A DNA stretch of 20,000 bases from an uncultured virus (IMG/VR IMGVR_UViG_3300011885_000055) (Duplodnaviria; Heunggongvirae; Uroviricota; Caudoviricetes): IMG/VR virus record IMGVR_UViG_3300011885_000055; one strand, given 5' to 3'. Numbering within the stretch: the stretch's first letter is position 1; every line of letters begins with the position of its first letter. The notes beneath the pieces were generated by a model. It was given only the letters and a program-made list of their open reading frames with translations. It was not told where the DNA came from and ran no database searches. Below, piece by piece: positions 1 to 9,132 of this stretch. A program made the position numbers and the translations under genes.

Positions 1-1001
1 CTGATAGCTTTTTTCATACCACTAAAAGCTATCTCTGTATTTACTCCAGCTTTTTCCCAACTAGAGAATATTGCAATACTCTCTTGGGTTTCAAATCCTA
101 AAGCTCTCATAGGAGCACCATACTTAGTAAGATTTTCAGTAAGTTTATCTATGCTTATTCCACTTGCTTGTGCTGCTACTGCTAAACTATCTAATACACT
201 AGAATATTCACTAGAATCTATACCAGCATCACCCATAGCTCTACTAACTAATTGCACAGATGTTAATGCATCTGTTCCGGTAACTTCTGAAAACTTCATA
301 AATTTTTCTGTACAGTTCTCTAATTCTTCACCTGTAAAACCAAATCTAGTATTTACTTCACCTAAAGTACTTCCTATATCTCCAAAATCACCAACTACAC
401 TTTGTGCTACTTTTTTATAACTATTTTCTAGCTTTTCTGCTGCTTCTCCAGTTGCTCCAGTTGCTCTGATTACATTGTCAGCACCTTCATCTACAGCATT
501 AAATGCAGCTACTCCTGCTGTACCTACTGCTGCTATTCCTGCAGTAACAGGTAATAATGCTTTACCTACTTTTGTAGTTTTAGTTCCAAACTCATCAATT
601 TTATCTTTTGCATTTGTAAGACTTGAGCTCATACCAACTCCGAAATCTTTAGCTTCATTGGTTAACGATTTTAATTTATTTTCTGTACTTGCAATTTCTC
701 TTTGGAAATCTCTATATTGTTCTGATGTTATTTCACCTTTATCAAATTGAGCTTGAACCTGTTCTTGTGTGCTTTTTAGTATAGTTAGCTTACCTTTTGT
801 ATTAGTTATACTTTCAGTTAATAGGTCTTGTTTTTGTTTAATTAAATCAACATTGCTTGGATCCATTTTTAATAAACTATTAACGCCTCTTAATTCCCTC
901 TGTAAAGACTTACTGTTGGAATCTACTTCATTAAGAGCCTTATTAAGTTTCGTAGTATCTCCACCAATTTCAACTGTTATACCTTTTATGCTTCCTGCCA
1001 T
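1..1001 (-). CDS. Tail tape measure protein, 5' part (runs off the window start)
   Basis: Absent from the ORF track. ATG at 1001-999 follows an AAGGAGGG SD and reads MAGSIKGITVEIGGDTTKLNKAL..., a typical Firmicutes tape-measure N-terminus followed by coiled-coil and Ala/Gly-rich sequence. It lies directly after the tail chaperones. Confidence 0.93.
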   Translation of the reverse strand, partial: MAGSIKGITVEIGGDTTKLNKALNEVDSNSKSLQRELRGVNSLLKMDPSNVDLIKQKQDLLTESITNTKGKLTILKSTQEQVQAQFDKGEITSEQYRDFQREIASTENKLKSLTNEAKDFGVGMSSSLTNAKDKIDEFGTKTTKVGKALLPVTAGIAAVGTAGVAAFNAVDEGADNVIRATGATGEAAEKLENSYKKVAQSVVGDFGDIGSTLGEVNTRFGFTGEELENCTEKFMKFSEVTGTDALTSVQLVSRAMGDAGIDSSEYSSVLDSLAVAAQASGISIDKLTENLTKYGAPMRALGFETQESIAIFSSWEKAGVNTEIAFSGMKKAI

Positions 1002-1018
1002 ATTACCCTCCTTTCTTA

Positions 1019-1054
1019 AAATAAAAAATGAGCTATGTAATGATAGCTCATTTT
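1019..1054 (-). terminator. Intrinsic terminator-like hairpin between the chaperone GT gene and the tape measure gene
   Basis: Perfect 12-bp inverted repeat AAAATGAGCTAT (1025-1036) / ATAGCTCATTTT (1043-1054) with a 6-nt loop. On the minus strand the stem ends in TTTT and continues TTATTT. Confidence 0.7.
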
Positions 1055-1316
1055 ACTTCTTACCTACTTTTTTTCTTAAAGCTTCTCTTTGAGGTTTTGT
1101 TTGTTCTATCCTCCAACAATTATCTAAATATTTTCGTCCTTCTTCTGTCTGCATATATCTATAAATAATTGCATCACGTAATAATAACCAAAACTCAAAT
1201 ACTTCTAATTCATCAATCCTATCAAAGTTATAACCGGTATATTCACTAACTATTTTTTCTTCAATGGTATTAACTTCATAATGCCCCTCTTCTCCTTCAT
1301 CAGGGTAATAGGGCAC
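1053..1316 (-). CDS. Tail assembly chaperone, T-like segment (probably made as a G-T frameshift fusion)
   Basis: Lies between the gpG-like ORF and the tape measure gene. Its GTG has no SD, and it is in the -1 frame relative to the upstream ORF at a CCCAAAC heptamer. Confidence 0.8.
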   Translation of the reverse strand: MPYYPDEGEEGHYEVNTIEEKIVSEYTGYNFDRIDELEVFEFWLLLRDAIIYRYMQTEEGRKYLDNCWRIEQTKPQREALRKKVGKK

Positions 1317-1318
1317 TT

Positions 1319-1615
1319 TTAGTTTGGGGAGTTTTTACTATTTGCAATCCATTCAAAATAAGCTGTTAAAATTTCATTCATCTCATCTAAATCTAGCTCC
1401 TCTACTAAATCATCACTTACATTAATATTATTTTTATTTTTTCTTAATATCATTTTAATGGCTTCCGATAAGTTTTCCATTGTATCTTCACCTTTTGATT
1501 TTGAAAGTGTAGTAAGCTTTTTTAATGCTTTAATTTTAGGGGGTTCAACCTCTAGTGTTGTATCCCCTATCTTTATACCAAAATATCTTTTATTTACTGT
1601 TTTTACATCAAACAT
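1319..1615 (-). CDS. Tail assembly chaperone (lambda gpG-like)
   Basis: 98-aa ORF immediately downstream of the major tail protein, with a GGAGGG SD, ending at a slippery site. Confidence 0.82.
   Translation of the reverse strand: MFDVKTVNKRYFGIKIGDTTLEVEPPKIKALKKLTTLSKSKGEDTMENLSEAIKMILRKNKNNINVSDDLVEELDLDEMNEILTAYFEWIANSKNSPN
1322..1328 (-). other. Programmed -1 ribosomal frameshift slippery site C CCA AAC
   Basis: X XXY YYZ heptamer immediately before the TAA of 1319..1615. The -1 frame reads CCC AAA CTA AAA GTG CCC TAT TAC straight into the 1053..1316 ORF. Confidence 0.8.
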
Positions 1616-1629
1616 TGTCTATCCCTCCA

Positions 1630-2184
1630 TTATACTCCTGGTTCTGTTACTGGTATTTCTTCTTCATATAATATTAAAGTTCCCTCAGAATCCATTGGAA
1701 GTGCTTTAAATTCTACATCTATAACAGTTTCTTTATCTTTTGCGAAACTAAAGCTAAACCCAGCTTGGTTATTACCTACAATGGTAATTCTGATATCTCC
1801 ATCTGCTTTATCTTCATGCAAAAATCGTATTACATACTTCTTTCCATCTTGATTATTTATTCCACCTATTTTTACAGTTCTCTTCCCAGCTTCTTCTTTT
1901 ACAATTGCAGTACTGCATATCTTTTTTAATGTATTCCCACACCACGTCATAATACCACTTTTAAGAGTAGCTTCTTCATCTGTTAAAATAGTTTTTTGAA
2001 CCATTCCTAGATCATCTTTAGCATCATAGAACTCTGGTTTATACTCTAATGTAGCACCACCTTGTATAAATCCTAAAAGATTTTTTTCAGCTTCTATTAC
2101 CGTATTTTCCGGAATTTCTCCAGTGAATTCATCTACAAAAAGTTTTCCACTACCTAAAACAATTTTCTCTCCTGCTGTTGCCAT
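1630..2184 (-). CDS. Major tail (tube) protein
   Basis: 184 aa with motifs IVLGSGKLF, LGFIQGGATLEY and FSFSFAKDKETVIDVEFKA typical of siphoviral tail tube proteins; synteny. Confidence 0.88.
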   Translation of the reverse strand: MATAGEKIVLGSGKLFVDEFTGEIPENTVIEAEKNLLGFIQGGATLEYKPEFYDAKDDLGMVQKTILTDEEATLKSGIMTWCGNTLKKICSTAIVKEEAGKRTVKIGGINNQDGKKYVIRFLHEDKADGDIRITIVGNNQAGFSFSFAKDKETVIDVEFKALPMDSEGTLILYEEEIPVTEPGV

Positions 2185-2195
2185 ATGAATACCTC

Positions 2196-2510
2196 CTATA
2201 TCTTTTCAATTAAATTAAAATCGTACACAGTTTGAAAGTATTCCTCACTTTCTATCCATGTACGATATTTCTCATATTCTATTGATTTATCTCTTAGCAA
2301 GGTTTCAATATTACTCTCAACCTCTTTATCTATTTTATTTGAATATAGCTCAACGCTTATATTTCTATTTGCTATACAAACTTTTAGATCTGCACCTACT
2401 ATATTTCTTTTTTCAGTAAAAATTATATATGGAAGACTTGGTGCCCTTGAAAACTTTTCTTCTTCAACCTTTAAGGTCAAGGTTTCTAACCAGGGTTTAA
2501 CGTCCAGCAT
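2196..2510 (-). CDS. Tail completion/terminator protein
   Basis: 104 aa with APSLPYIIF...VELY...WIESEEYFQTVYDF; position just before the major tail protein. Confidence 0.75.
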   Translation of the reverse strand: MLDVKPWLETLTLKVEEEKFSRAPSLPYIIFTEKRNIVGADLKVCIANRNISVELYSNKIDKEVESNIETLLRDKSIEYEKYRTWIESEEYFQTVYDFNLIEKI

Positions 2511-2901
2511 TTTCTATTATCTCCTTTGTTAATTGTTCCATTCGCTTTATTGCCAATTCCTCTCCATGCTTAATATGCGGAAATGCTCTAGTTCTCCCAC
2601 CTTGTTTTATAGCATGGCCATTCTCAAGTAAATGAGTTAACCTGTGTTGTCCATTAGCAACATACCAAGTCTTTGTTTTATCAAATCTCTTTTCTCTAGT
2701 TGTTTTTATTCTAAAAGACTTAACATACTTACCTGTATGTTCTTTAAAAGAAATATTCTTTTTAATTTCTTCATTAGTTTCCTTTGCTACCACATCAACA
2801 GCCTTTTTTATTCCTTCTGTAACTTCTTCTGAATAAGTATTCAGCTCTTTCTTTATTTCGCTAGTTAGTTCATCAATACTTATTTTATTCATTTCATTCA
2901 C
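2497..2901 (-). CDS. HK97 gp10-like tail/neck protein
   Basis: Motifs TGKYVKSF and HRLTHLLENGHA...GGRTRAFPHI are characteristic of the HK97 gp10 family. The true start may be a slightly downstream ATG. Confidence 0.88.
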   Translation of the reverse strand: MNEMNKISIDELTSEIKKELNTYSEEVTEGIKKAVDVVAKETNEEIKKNISFKEHTGKYVKSFRIKTTREKRFDKTKTWYVANGQHRLTHLLENGHAIKQGGRTRAFPHIKHGEELAIKRMEQLTKEIIENAGR

Positions 2902-3233
2902 CTATCCATTTCTAGATGTCTTAAAGTTAAATCCTTACTTAAAGGATTTGTATCAAACTTATCTTGAATTAATTGAATACTATACTTACCCATACCTGGT
3001 ATTTCTAACGTATCATAACTATCAACCCCTGGTACATTAGGTATGCGAATTACTAAGTCGGTTTTTATTTGTACTGCTTTGGCTGCAAAATATCTATTAA
3101 ATCCTAATATACGATTATTAAACCCTAAACTTTTAAATTTATAAACTTTGTTTCCATCTTCATCTTCCGTATATATATTACATACTCCATCTGAAAAACT
3201 TATAAAATCAATGTTATCTACTTTTATCTTCAT
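2898..3233 (-). CDS. Head-closure / head-tail adaptor protein
   Basis: 111 aa, beta-rich (SFSDGV...GFNRYFAAKAVQIKTDLVIRIP); lies after the gp6-like connector. Confidence 0.75.
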   Translation of the reverse strand: MKIKVDNIDFISFSDGVCNIYTEDEDGNKVYKFKSLGFNNRILGFNRYFAAKAVQIKTDLVIRIPNVPGVDSYDTLEIPGMGKYSIQLIQDKFDTNPLSKDLTLRHLEMDR

Positions 3234-3563
3234 TTATGAGCTCACCTCTGTAGTATCTTCTATAGTTACAGCTTGATATTTAAGATGTAAGGATAATAAA
3301 TCACTTTGAAAGTTCTTTTCAAACATTTCTAAAGCTTGAGAATTAGCATATCTACAATAATCCATGAGTAAACTTTTTTCTATATCTTCTTCTGTAAACA
3401 CAAGAGTAGGCATACCTGCTACATCTTGCAAATATGCCATACCTCTTTTTATCATGCCAGTAAGATTTTTATTTGTAATTTCATCCTCCCAGGTTATATG
3501 CAAATAACATTTTATATCGCCTAATAATGTTTTTAAATCTTCTTCTGATATATTTACTGACAT
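3234..3563 (-). CDS. Head-tail connector (HK97 gp6 / SPP1 gp15-like)
   Basis: LLGDIKCYLHITWEDE...LLMDYCRYA...FEKNF helical pattern; immediately after the capsid gene. Confidence 0.82.
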   Translation of the reverse strand: MSVNISEEDLKTLLGDIKCYLHITWEDEITNKNLTGMIKRGMAYLQDVAGMPTLVFTEEDIEKSLLMDYCRYANSQALEMFEKNFQSDLLSLHLKYQAVTIEDTTEVSS

Positions 3564-3578
3564 TCTATCACCTCACTA

Positions 3579-4772
3579 TTAAACCTGTTCTTTAGTTGCC
3601 ACGGTACCTTTAACTTTTACTGCAACTGTTGCCTCTTCTAGTTCAGATATATCTAATAGTATAAATGCATTATTATCTAACGCTCTACCATTACCATATA
3701 GCTTGGTTAAATAAACTCTCTCGTCATCTAAGAACTTGTATTCATCAGAATACTCTATTTTCCCTCCATTAGTTCCAGCACCAATACCCATAAAATACTT
3801 TTCTGGTAATCCAATTATAGCTTTTCCAGCATCTACTCCACATGATTGAATAGGGTCTGTTGGGAATGGGAATACATTATTTTTATAAGTTCCATCAGCT
3901 GATCTTATAGTAGTCGCTGGCATTACTTTTGTAAAATAATCTGTTGGATTTACAACCAAAATAACTTTATTAATCGGTCTTGACTTCCCATTAGGAGCCT
4001 TGGCTAATGTACTTAATAGTGCACCATATGTTTTAGGGGATAGATCTAATATTTTCACTTCTTCTTTTTTAGGATATACACCACCAGTTACAGTAACATC
4101 ATCTGATACATTTCTATCCATTCCTATTGGTTCATTATTACCAGTACCAGTAACTATTGCAGTTTCTAAAGCTAAAGCTATAGCTTCACTTAACGTTCCC
4201 CTTACATAAGCATCAATCCACTCTGGCCCTACTTCAAGCATATCCTTTGAAATTGGCATAAATGCACTAAGTTTACAAAGAGTTAAATCAATTTTACCTA
4301 TTGCCCCTTCAAGCTCTTTTGCAATTGCAGAACCTAAAGCTCCCCATTGTGCTAATTGCATCCCTTTTTTATTAACAATTATCTTTGTTAATACAGTTGT
4401 ATTCATAAAGTTTATCATAGATAAAAGTGGATGCTGCTCCTTAATGTCTGCTATTACATTGTCTATTACAGTTTCAGGGAAAGCATTATTAAGTCCTGTA
4501 AATGCTTGTCTAACATCATTTGACTTCATAGCATCAATAACACTTTGATAAAATTTATTCTCCTTTGCTGTTAATTGATGAACTCCTCTCTTTGCTAAAA
4601 TAGTTGCATCTGCTGTCTGCTGATATGCTTTAAATTCCTCAAGTACATTCTGTTGAACTGACTCTGCAAATTCCGTGAACGCTTGTGCTATTGCACCTTC
4701 ATCCTCCGATTTCATCGCATTTGATAAATTTGCCATCAATTCTTGTTTTAAAATATCTTTACTTTTCATCAT
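3579..4772 (-). CDS. Major capsid protein, HK97 fold
   Basis: 397 aa with an N-terminal helical delta-like region, PETVIDNVIADI...HPLL, and ALALETAIVTGTGNNEPIG. Confidence 0.95.
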   Translation of the reverse strand: MMKSKDILKQELMANLSNAMKSEDEGAIAQAFTEFAESVQQNVLEEFKAYQQTADATILAKRGVHQLTAKENKFYQSVIDAMKSNDVRQAFTGLNNAFPETVIDNVIADIKEQHPLLSMINFMNTTVLTKIIVNKKGMQLAQWGALGSAIAKELEGAIGKIDLTLCKLSAFMPISKDMLEVGPEWIDAYVRGTLSEAIALALETAIVTGTGNNEPIGMDRNVSDDVTVTGGVYPKKEEVKILDLSPKTYGALLSTLAKAPNGKSRPINKVILVVNPTDYFTKVMPATTIRSADGTYKNNVFPFPTDPIQSCGVDAGKAIIGLPEKYFMGIGAGTNGGKIEYSDEYKFLDDERVYLTKLYGNGRALDNNAFILLDISELEEATVAVKVKGTVATKEQV

Positions 4773-4776
4773 AATA

Positions 4777-5520
4777 TTATTTTCCCTCCAAATTTTTTAT
4801 TTTAAATGCTGCCATTAATTTTTCAGCATTTGTCTTTTGAGTTATTAATTGCTCTGGTACTTTTATTTCTTGTCTTAAACTCTCCATTTGTTGCTTTATA
4901 GCTTTATTTAATCTTTGTTGTGCCTTTGATATATTTTCATTCTCTTTTCCTGCTATTTCATCACATAATCCATATTGCAAACATTGTTCAGCATTTAGCC
5001 ATGTTTGATTATCAAGCAGCTGATTTAATGTTTCTCCTGAAAGTTTATCTCCTGCTTTAGCTAAATAACTTGAGCAACTTGCTTTGTCTATTACTTCAAC
5101 ATCATTAGCTGCTTTTCTAAGTTCTTCAGCATTGCCCCAGGCTCCCATTGATGCATGATGTATCATCATTAATGTGTTATTACCCATAATTACTTTGTCA
5201 CCTACCATGGCAATAACTGATGCTATAGAACAAGCAAATCCATCCACATATACTATCTTTTGTGCTGAATGCCTTTTTAATTGATTATAAATTGCTAACC
5301 CTTCTTTTACTTCTCCACCATAAGAATTTATAAATATATTTATTTGAGAAATATCTTTAGAGTTTTCTAATTGCTTTTGAATATAATTTGCTGATGTTTG
5401 ACTTTCTATTTTTTCATCTGTCCACCAATCGTAACTATCACCTTCTACATAGTCATAAATATATAAGTCTAGTGCATTAGGTTCTGTAGATTGTTTTATG
5501 AAATATATTGCTTTATTCAT
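4777..5520 (-). CDS. Prohead maturation protease, ClpP (S14) family
   Basis: Motifs INSYGGEV, VDGFACSIASVIAM (catalytic Ser) and MMIHHA (His). Start moved to the ATG at 5520 behind the GGAGGTGA SD. Confidence 0.93.
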   Translation of the reverse strand: MNKAIYFIKQSTEPNALDLYIYDYVEGDSYDWWTDEKIESQTSANYIQKQLENSKDISQINIFINSYGGEVKEGLAIYNQLKRHSAQKIVYVDGFACSIASVIAMVGDKVIMGNNTLMMIHHASMGAWGNAEELRKAANDVEVIDKASCSSYLAKAGDKLSGETLNQLLDNQTWLNAEQCLQYGLCDEIAGKENENISKAQQRLNKAIKQQMESLRQEIKVPEQLITQKTNAEKLMAAFKIKNLEGK

Positions 5521-6673
5521 CCTTCTCACCTCCTTCCATATCTTCTATAACATTGATATCTGAATAATTCTTTGTAATCCAATGCTTCTCACTCCAATCT
5601 GTTTTTAATAATGTATCTTTAAGCTTCTTTCTTAGTTCATCAATGCTATACATACCACTAGCTATTAACTTATCTACCTTTTCAGCTATAGCAAAAATAT
5701 CTATGTGTTTTATACAAGTTGTATCAATTCTTAAGTAAGATCCTTTAAAATAAGCTTTTTTTCCATATCTCTTACGATTAATTTCTTCACATATCATATC
5801 CACTAGTGGATCTATACAAAATGTTAAAAAATTATTTGTAATCTTTTCTATGTCAGCAATATCTCCTCTTAGAAGTGCCGGTGGTATTTTAAAGGCTTGA
5901 GCTGCTCTTTCAAAAGCTTCTTTAATTAAACTTTGAATATCCACCATTTCACTAGTGGATTTCTTGCTTCCTTCTCCATTTTTCTCCTCATACTCAACAC
6001 CTTTAGGTAAATCAACTATTGCATTTTCTGATTCAAAATAAGTCTTAAACTTTCTTGTAAATAAATCTTCAATTTCCTTTTTCTTTTTCTCATCACCTTT
6101 TGCAATTGCATCTAACTTAACTACACCTTTTCTTCCACCAGAACGTTTATATTTCCCTGTGGCCATTTGTAGCAAGTTATTATATCCTGACATTAGATTA
6201 GATAGTAAAACCCTCACATCTTTGTTATTTAACTTAAAATAAAGTACCTCACTCATCATGAATCTCTTCCCGAAAGTAAAATCTTTTCTAGTTACATTAT
6301 CAAAGTAATTTTCATTTATCGCATTCTCATGCTGTTCAAAGCTATCTGCAATGATTAACTGACCTTTTACTTCTACAATTAAACATTCATTTTTGAATAG
6401 TAGTTTAGATACAAACTCCTGGATAAACTCACTTGAATTTTGATTTGTATTAGGTTCAATATTCCACAAATAATATTCATCTTGTATTACTTCATTGTTG
6501 TTTAAATATGTCTTAAATTCACATTTAGAAATACACCCAGCTATTAGATTTATTGCTGTATTAATAGCAAAATCTTCTACTGCAAGTTTAGTAGCATCAC
6601 TATATATTTTTTCATTCAGGTATACCGTGTCTTTTGTTCCAAACATATCTCGTAAAAACTCTATTATTTTCAA
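5513..6673 (-). CDS. Portal protein, HK97 family
   Basis: AINLIAGCISKCEF, YLWNIEPN.NQ.S and AFKIPPALL...FCIDPL...EEINRK. Start moved to the TTG at 6673 behind the AAGGGGGTGA SD (ORF track start 6739). Confidence 0.93.
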   Translation of the reverse strand: MKIIEFLRDMFGTKDTVYLNEKIYSDATKLAVEDFAINTAINLIAGCISKCEFKTYLNNNEVIQDEYYLWNIEPNTNQNSSEFIQEFVSKLLFKNECLIVEVKGQLIIADSFEQHENAINENYFDNVTRKDFTFGKRFMMSEVLYFKLNNKDVRVLLSNLMSGYNNLLQMATGKYKRSGGRKGVVKLDAIAKGDEKKKKEIEDLFTRKFKTYFESENAIVDLPKGVEYEEKNGEGSKKSTSEMVDIQSLIKEAFERAAQAFKIPPALLRGDIADIEKITNNFLTFCIDPLVDMICEEINRKRYGKKAYFKGSYLRIDTTCIKHIDIFAIAEKVDKLIASGMYSIDELRKKLKDTLLKTDWSEKHWITKNYSDINVIEDMEGGEKDE

Positions 6674-6694
6674 ATTCTCACCCCCTTTCAGGGC

Positions 6695-6722
6695 AAAATA
6701 AAAAGCCTTATTTCTAAAGCTT
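6695..6722 (-). terminator. Intrinsic terminator-like hairpin between terL and portal
   Basis: Minus strand AAGCTTTA-GAAA-TAAGGCTT (8-bp stem with one G.U pair, GNRA loop) followed by TTTATTTT. Confidence 0.55.
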
Positions 6723-8387
6723 CTAATACGTGTAAACACCTAAGTCTAAATCATCTATACTTATTCTTTCACCACTATCCTCCAAGTCTGTACTTCCACA
6801 CATTGCTGCAATAAATGCTTTAAATCCATCTGTTTTACGACTTTTAGGTTCTATCTTCCCATAGGTTATGTTTCCTGCTTGAGAAGTTATCATACAAGTA
6901 TTATTTGTATACCACCTCATAAGTGGATTATCTCCCCAAACAATATTATGATTAACAAATGCACTTGTTATTACTGGAGCTATCAGCATTTCATTACTTG
7001 GTCTAGTTAGTCTTATATTATTAGCTCCTTTTTTATCTGTATCAAATCCAGCATCTCTAAGTGCTTTCGCTAGTAATGTATACCTATAATTATCCATCCA
7101 CATTGTAGTTACATTGTATTTTTGAGCTTGTTCTGCTAGCCACCTGGCTGGAATATCCGGTGGGATCTCTGGTCCACTTATGAAAGTTAGAAATTTAGCT
7201 TCCTCCCATTCTCTCAATGGAGCTTTTATTCTACCTAAATCATTACTACTTTCACATACCCACGAATGAGAAATCCATATATACTTCCCGTTATATTTAA
7301 AAAGTAACCCAGCACAAAGAAAATCTGTTGTTTTCATATAGTCTATACCTGCTATACAAGTGCATCCCGTTAAATCAGGAATATCTTGATTTGTTGCAAG
7401 AATGTTTTCCCATGAAGTAACTTCTACATCTTTATTTCCTTTAGGAATATTCATTCTTTTGGTCATAAAAGCTGAGTTGCTAATAGGATCATCTTTGTAG
7501 TTTATATATTCTTTTTTCATTTCTGCTTGTAGATGTGGAAAATGATGCAATGACGGATTAGCTTTATCCCACATTTTAGGCTTATCAACTTCCTTTTCAT
7601 CATCTAACTTACAAATAAACGGCAGCATTCCATTATCATCTATAGCACCATTAAGTATTTGTTCTGACCTGGCTATTAATTTATCCAGTGGCCCATCTCT
7701 TACGTCTCCATTGGTAGTTGTTATAGTTGTCCTTGGGTCTGCTTTTTTACCTAATCCAGTTAAAAATACATTTATAGTTTTATAATCTTCATACTGGTGG
7801 TATTCATCAAAATCTACTTTACCCTGCCTTCCACCATCTTTGGTTTTAGCATTACTAGTTCTAAATCTTAACTCACTACCAGTCTTTTTATTTTTTATTA
7901 CTTCTTTATTCCATGTAAAATGCTTTTCTAGCTTTGTTTTGTTTTCTTCTAAAACATCATAAACATCATTAAAACTAGTCATAGCCTGTTCTTCACTGTT
8001 AGCACATATATCAATATGATATTTTTTAACTTTGTTGTATTGACTTATAAGACAAAAATCTTCAAATGCTAAATAACCATTCTTTCCAGCTCCACGACCT
8101 ACCAAAATAAATAAGTCTGGCCACCTTAATATACCCGGTTTTGAATAAGTACAATTATGAAGTGTAAAGCAAAATACTTCCCATTCTAATAATTCAAATG
8201 GAAAGTATTTTTGTAATCCTAAATACTTTTTAAGTTGTTCTTCATCAATAAATAAATTTTCATCATTAAAGCACTTTTCAACATAGTCACATAATAAAAG
8301 CTGCTCCTTACAAACTTCTATGACACCACTTCTACCTAAATCTATATAATCCTGAATCTCTGGTATTAGCTTCTTATAACTCGTCAT
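6723..8387 (-). CDS. terL: Terminase large subunit
   Basis: Walker A GRGAGKNG, Walker B VDFDEYH, nuclease-domain acidic motifs GIDY...D and KTDGF. The start is one of the ATGs at 8405, 8393 or 8387. Confidence 0.95.
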   Translation of the reverse strand: MTSYKKLIPEIQDYIDLGRSGVIEVCKEQLLLCDYVEKCFNDENLFIDEEQLKKYLGLQKYFPFELLEWEVFCFTLHNCTYSKPGILRWPDLFILVGRGAGKNGYLAFEDFCLISQYNKVKKYHIDICANSEEQAMTSFNDVYDVLEENKTKLEKHFTWNKEVIKNKKTGSELRFRTSNAKTKDGGRQGKVDFDEYHQYEDYKTINVFLTGLGKKADPRTTITTTNGDVRDGPLDKLIARSEQILNGAIDDNGMLPFICKLDDEKEVDKPKMWDKANPSLHHFPHLQAEMKKEYINYKDDPISNSAFMTKRMNIPKGNKDVEVTSWENILATNQDIPDLTGCTCIAGIDYMKTTDFLCAGLLFKYNGKYIWISHSWVCESSNDLGRIKAPLREWEEAKFLTFISGPEIPPDIPARWLAEQAQKYNVTTMWMDNYRYTLLAKALRDAGFDTDKKGANNIRLTRPSNEMLIAPVITSAFVNHNIVWGDNPLMRWYTNNTCMITSQAGNITYGKIEPKSRKTDGFKAFIAAMCGSTDLEDSGERISIDDLDLGVYTY

Positions 8388-8682
8388 CGTCATCACTCTT
8401 AGCATTCTTAGTTGTTAATTGTAATTCCTTTAATATCGCTAGTTTCTGCTTATTGTACATTATTGCATTTTTAATGGAGGGATTATCTTTTTCATATTCA
8501 TATCCCTGGCTAGATGTAGTTTTATAACTTCTTCCACGTTCTTTTATATCCTTTTGCATAGCTTTTTCTTGATTAAAATACCAAATATAATCATCAATTA
8601 ACCCTAAAAAATGTTCTACATTTGCTCCTTTATCTTTAAGCTGCTTTATTAAAGAGTCCTTTATTTTTCTAGCATTTGCCAT
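8374..8682 (-). CDS. terS: Terminase small subunit (P27-like)
   Basis: 102 aa with LIDDYI...DIKERG...KDNPSI...NKQKLAILKELQL; overlaps the terL start. Confidence 0.88.
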   Translation of the reverse strand: MANARKIKDSLIKQLKDKGANVEHFLGLIDDYIWYFNQEKAMQKDIKERGRSYKTTSSQGYEYEKDNPSIKNAIMYNKQKLAILKELQLTTKNAKSDDDDEL

Positions 8683-8699
8683 ATTTTTAAATCCCTCCT

Positions 8700-8811
8700 T
8701 TTTTTCTGTTTTTTTATTTTTTTCTCACACGCGTAGGTGAGTTGTTTTGTCTTGAATCTCTCCCCGGTCTCTTAAATGCTATAGTTTTTTCGTTTTTTTA
8801 ACCAGGGGGTA
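8700..8811 (-). other. Probable cos/packaging-site region
   Basis: Non-coding gap between HNH and terS. It holds GC-rich islands (minus strand TACCCCCTGG ... GAGACCGGGGAGAG ... CCTACGCGTGTGAG) among long A-tracts, the usual layout of cos sites in HNH-TerS-TerL phages. Confidence 0.6.
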
Positions 8812-9132
8812 TTACCATTTTTCCTCATTTAACTGTAGTTTCGGTTTATTTTTATGATGTATTTCAAAGTGACAATTATCACATAGTGCCATTAGGTTGC
8901 TATCTGTTAAAGCTAATTCAGGATGCTTTCGTAAGTACTTAATGTGATGCACTGTATCAGCTTTACTATATAAACCTTTTGCTTTACACACCTGACATTC
9001 ATTATTCTGTTGGTATAATATCTCTAACCTTTTATGCTTCCATGGTGTTGACACATAAAAGCCATGAACATTATTATTCCTTATAAATGTATTAACCCAT
9101 TGTACTAGCTCGGTAGTATCCATTTCTTTCAT
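8812..9132 (-). CDS. HNH endonuclease (terminase-associated, HK97 gp74-like)
   Basis: FYVSTPWKHKR, CQVC, TVHHIKY and NLMALCDNCHFEIH; upstream of terS. Confidence 0.92.
   Translation of the reverse strand: MKEMDTTELVQWVNTFIRNNNVHGFYVSTPWKHKRLEILYQQNNECQVCKAKGLYSKADTVHHIKYLRKHPELALTDSNLMALCDNCHFEIHHKNKPKLQLNEEKW

Noticed and set aside
151..1092. Plus-strand ORFs 151..420, 475..750 and 769..1092
   Set aside because: Antisense shadows of the tape measure gene, with no SD and no recognisable product.
1630..4772. Frameshift extensions of the capsid or major tail protein (e.g. Ig-like domains)
   Set aside because: No slippery sequence at either stop, and the next genes follow immediately with their own SD sites.
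4995..5020. ClpP-like protease has NQTWL where ETW is usual
   Set aside because: The Ser and His motifs are intact and an Asp lies two residues before the Gln; loss of activity cannot be inferred without an alignment.
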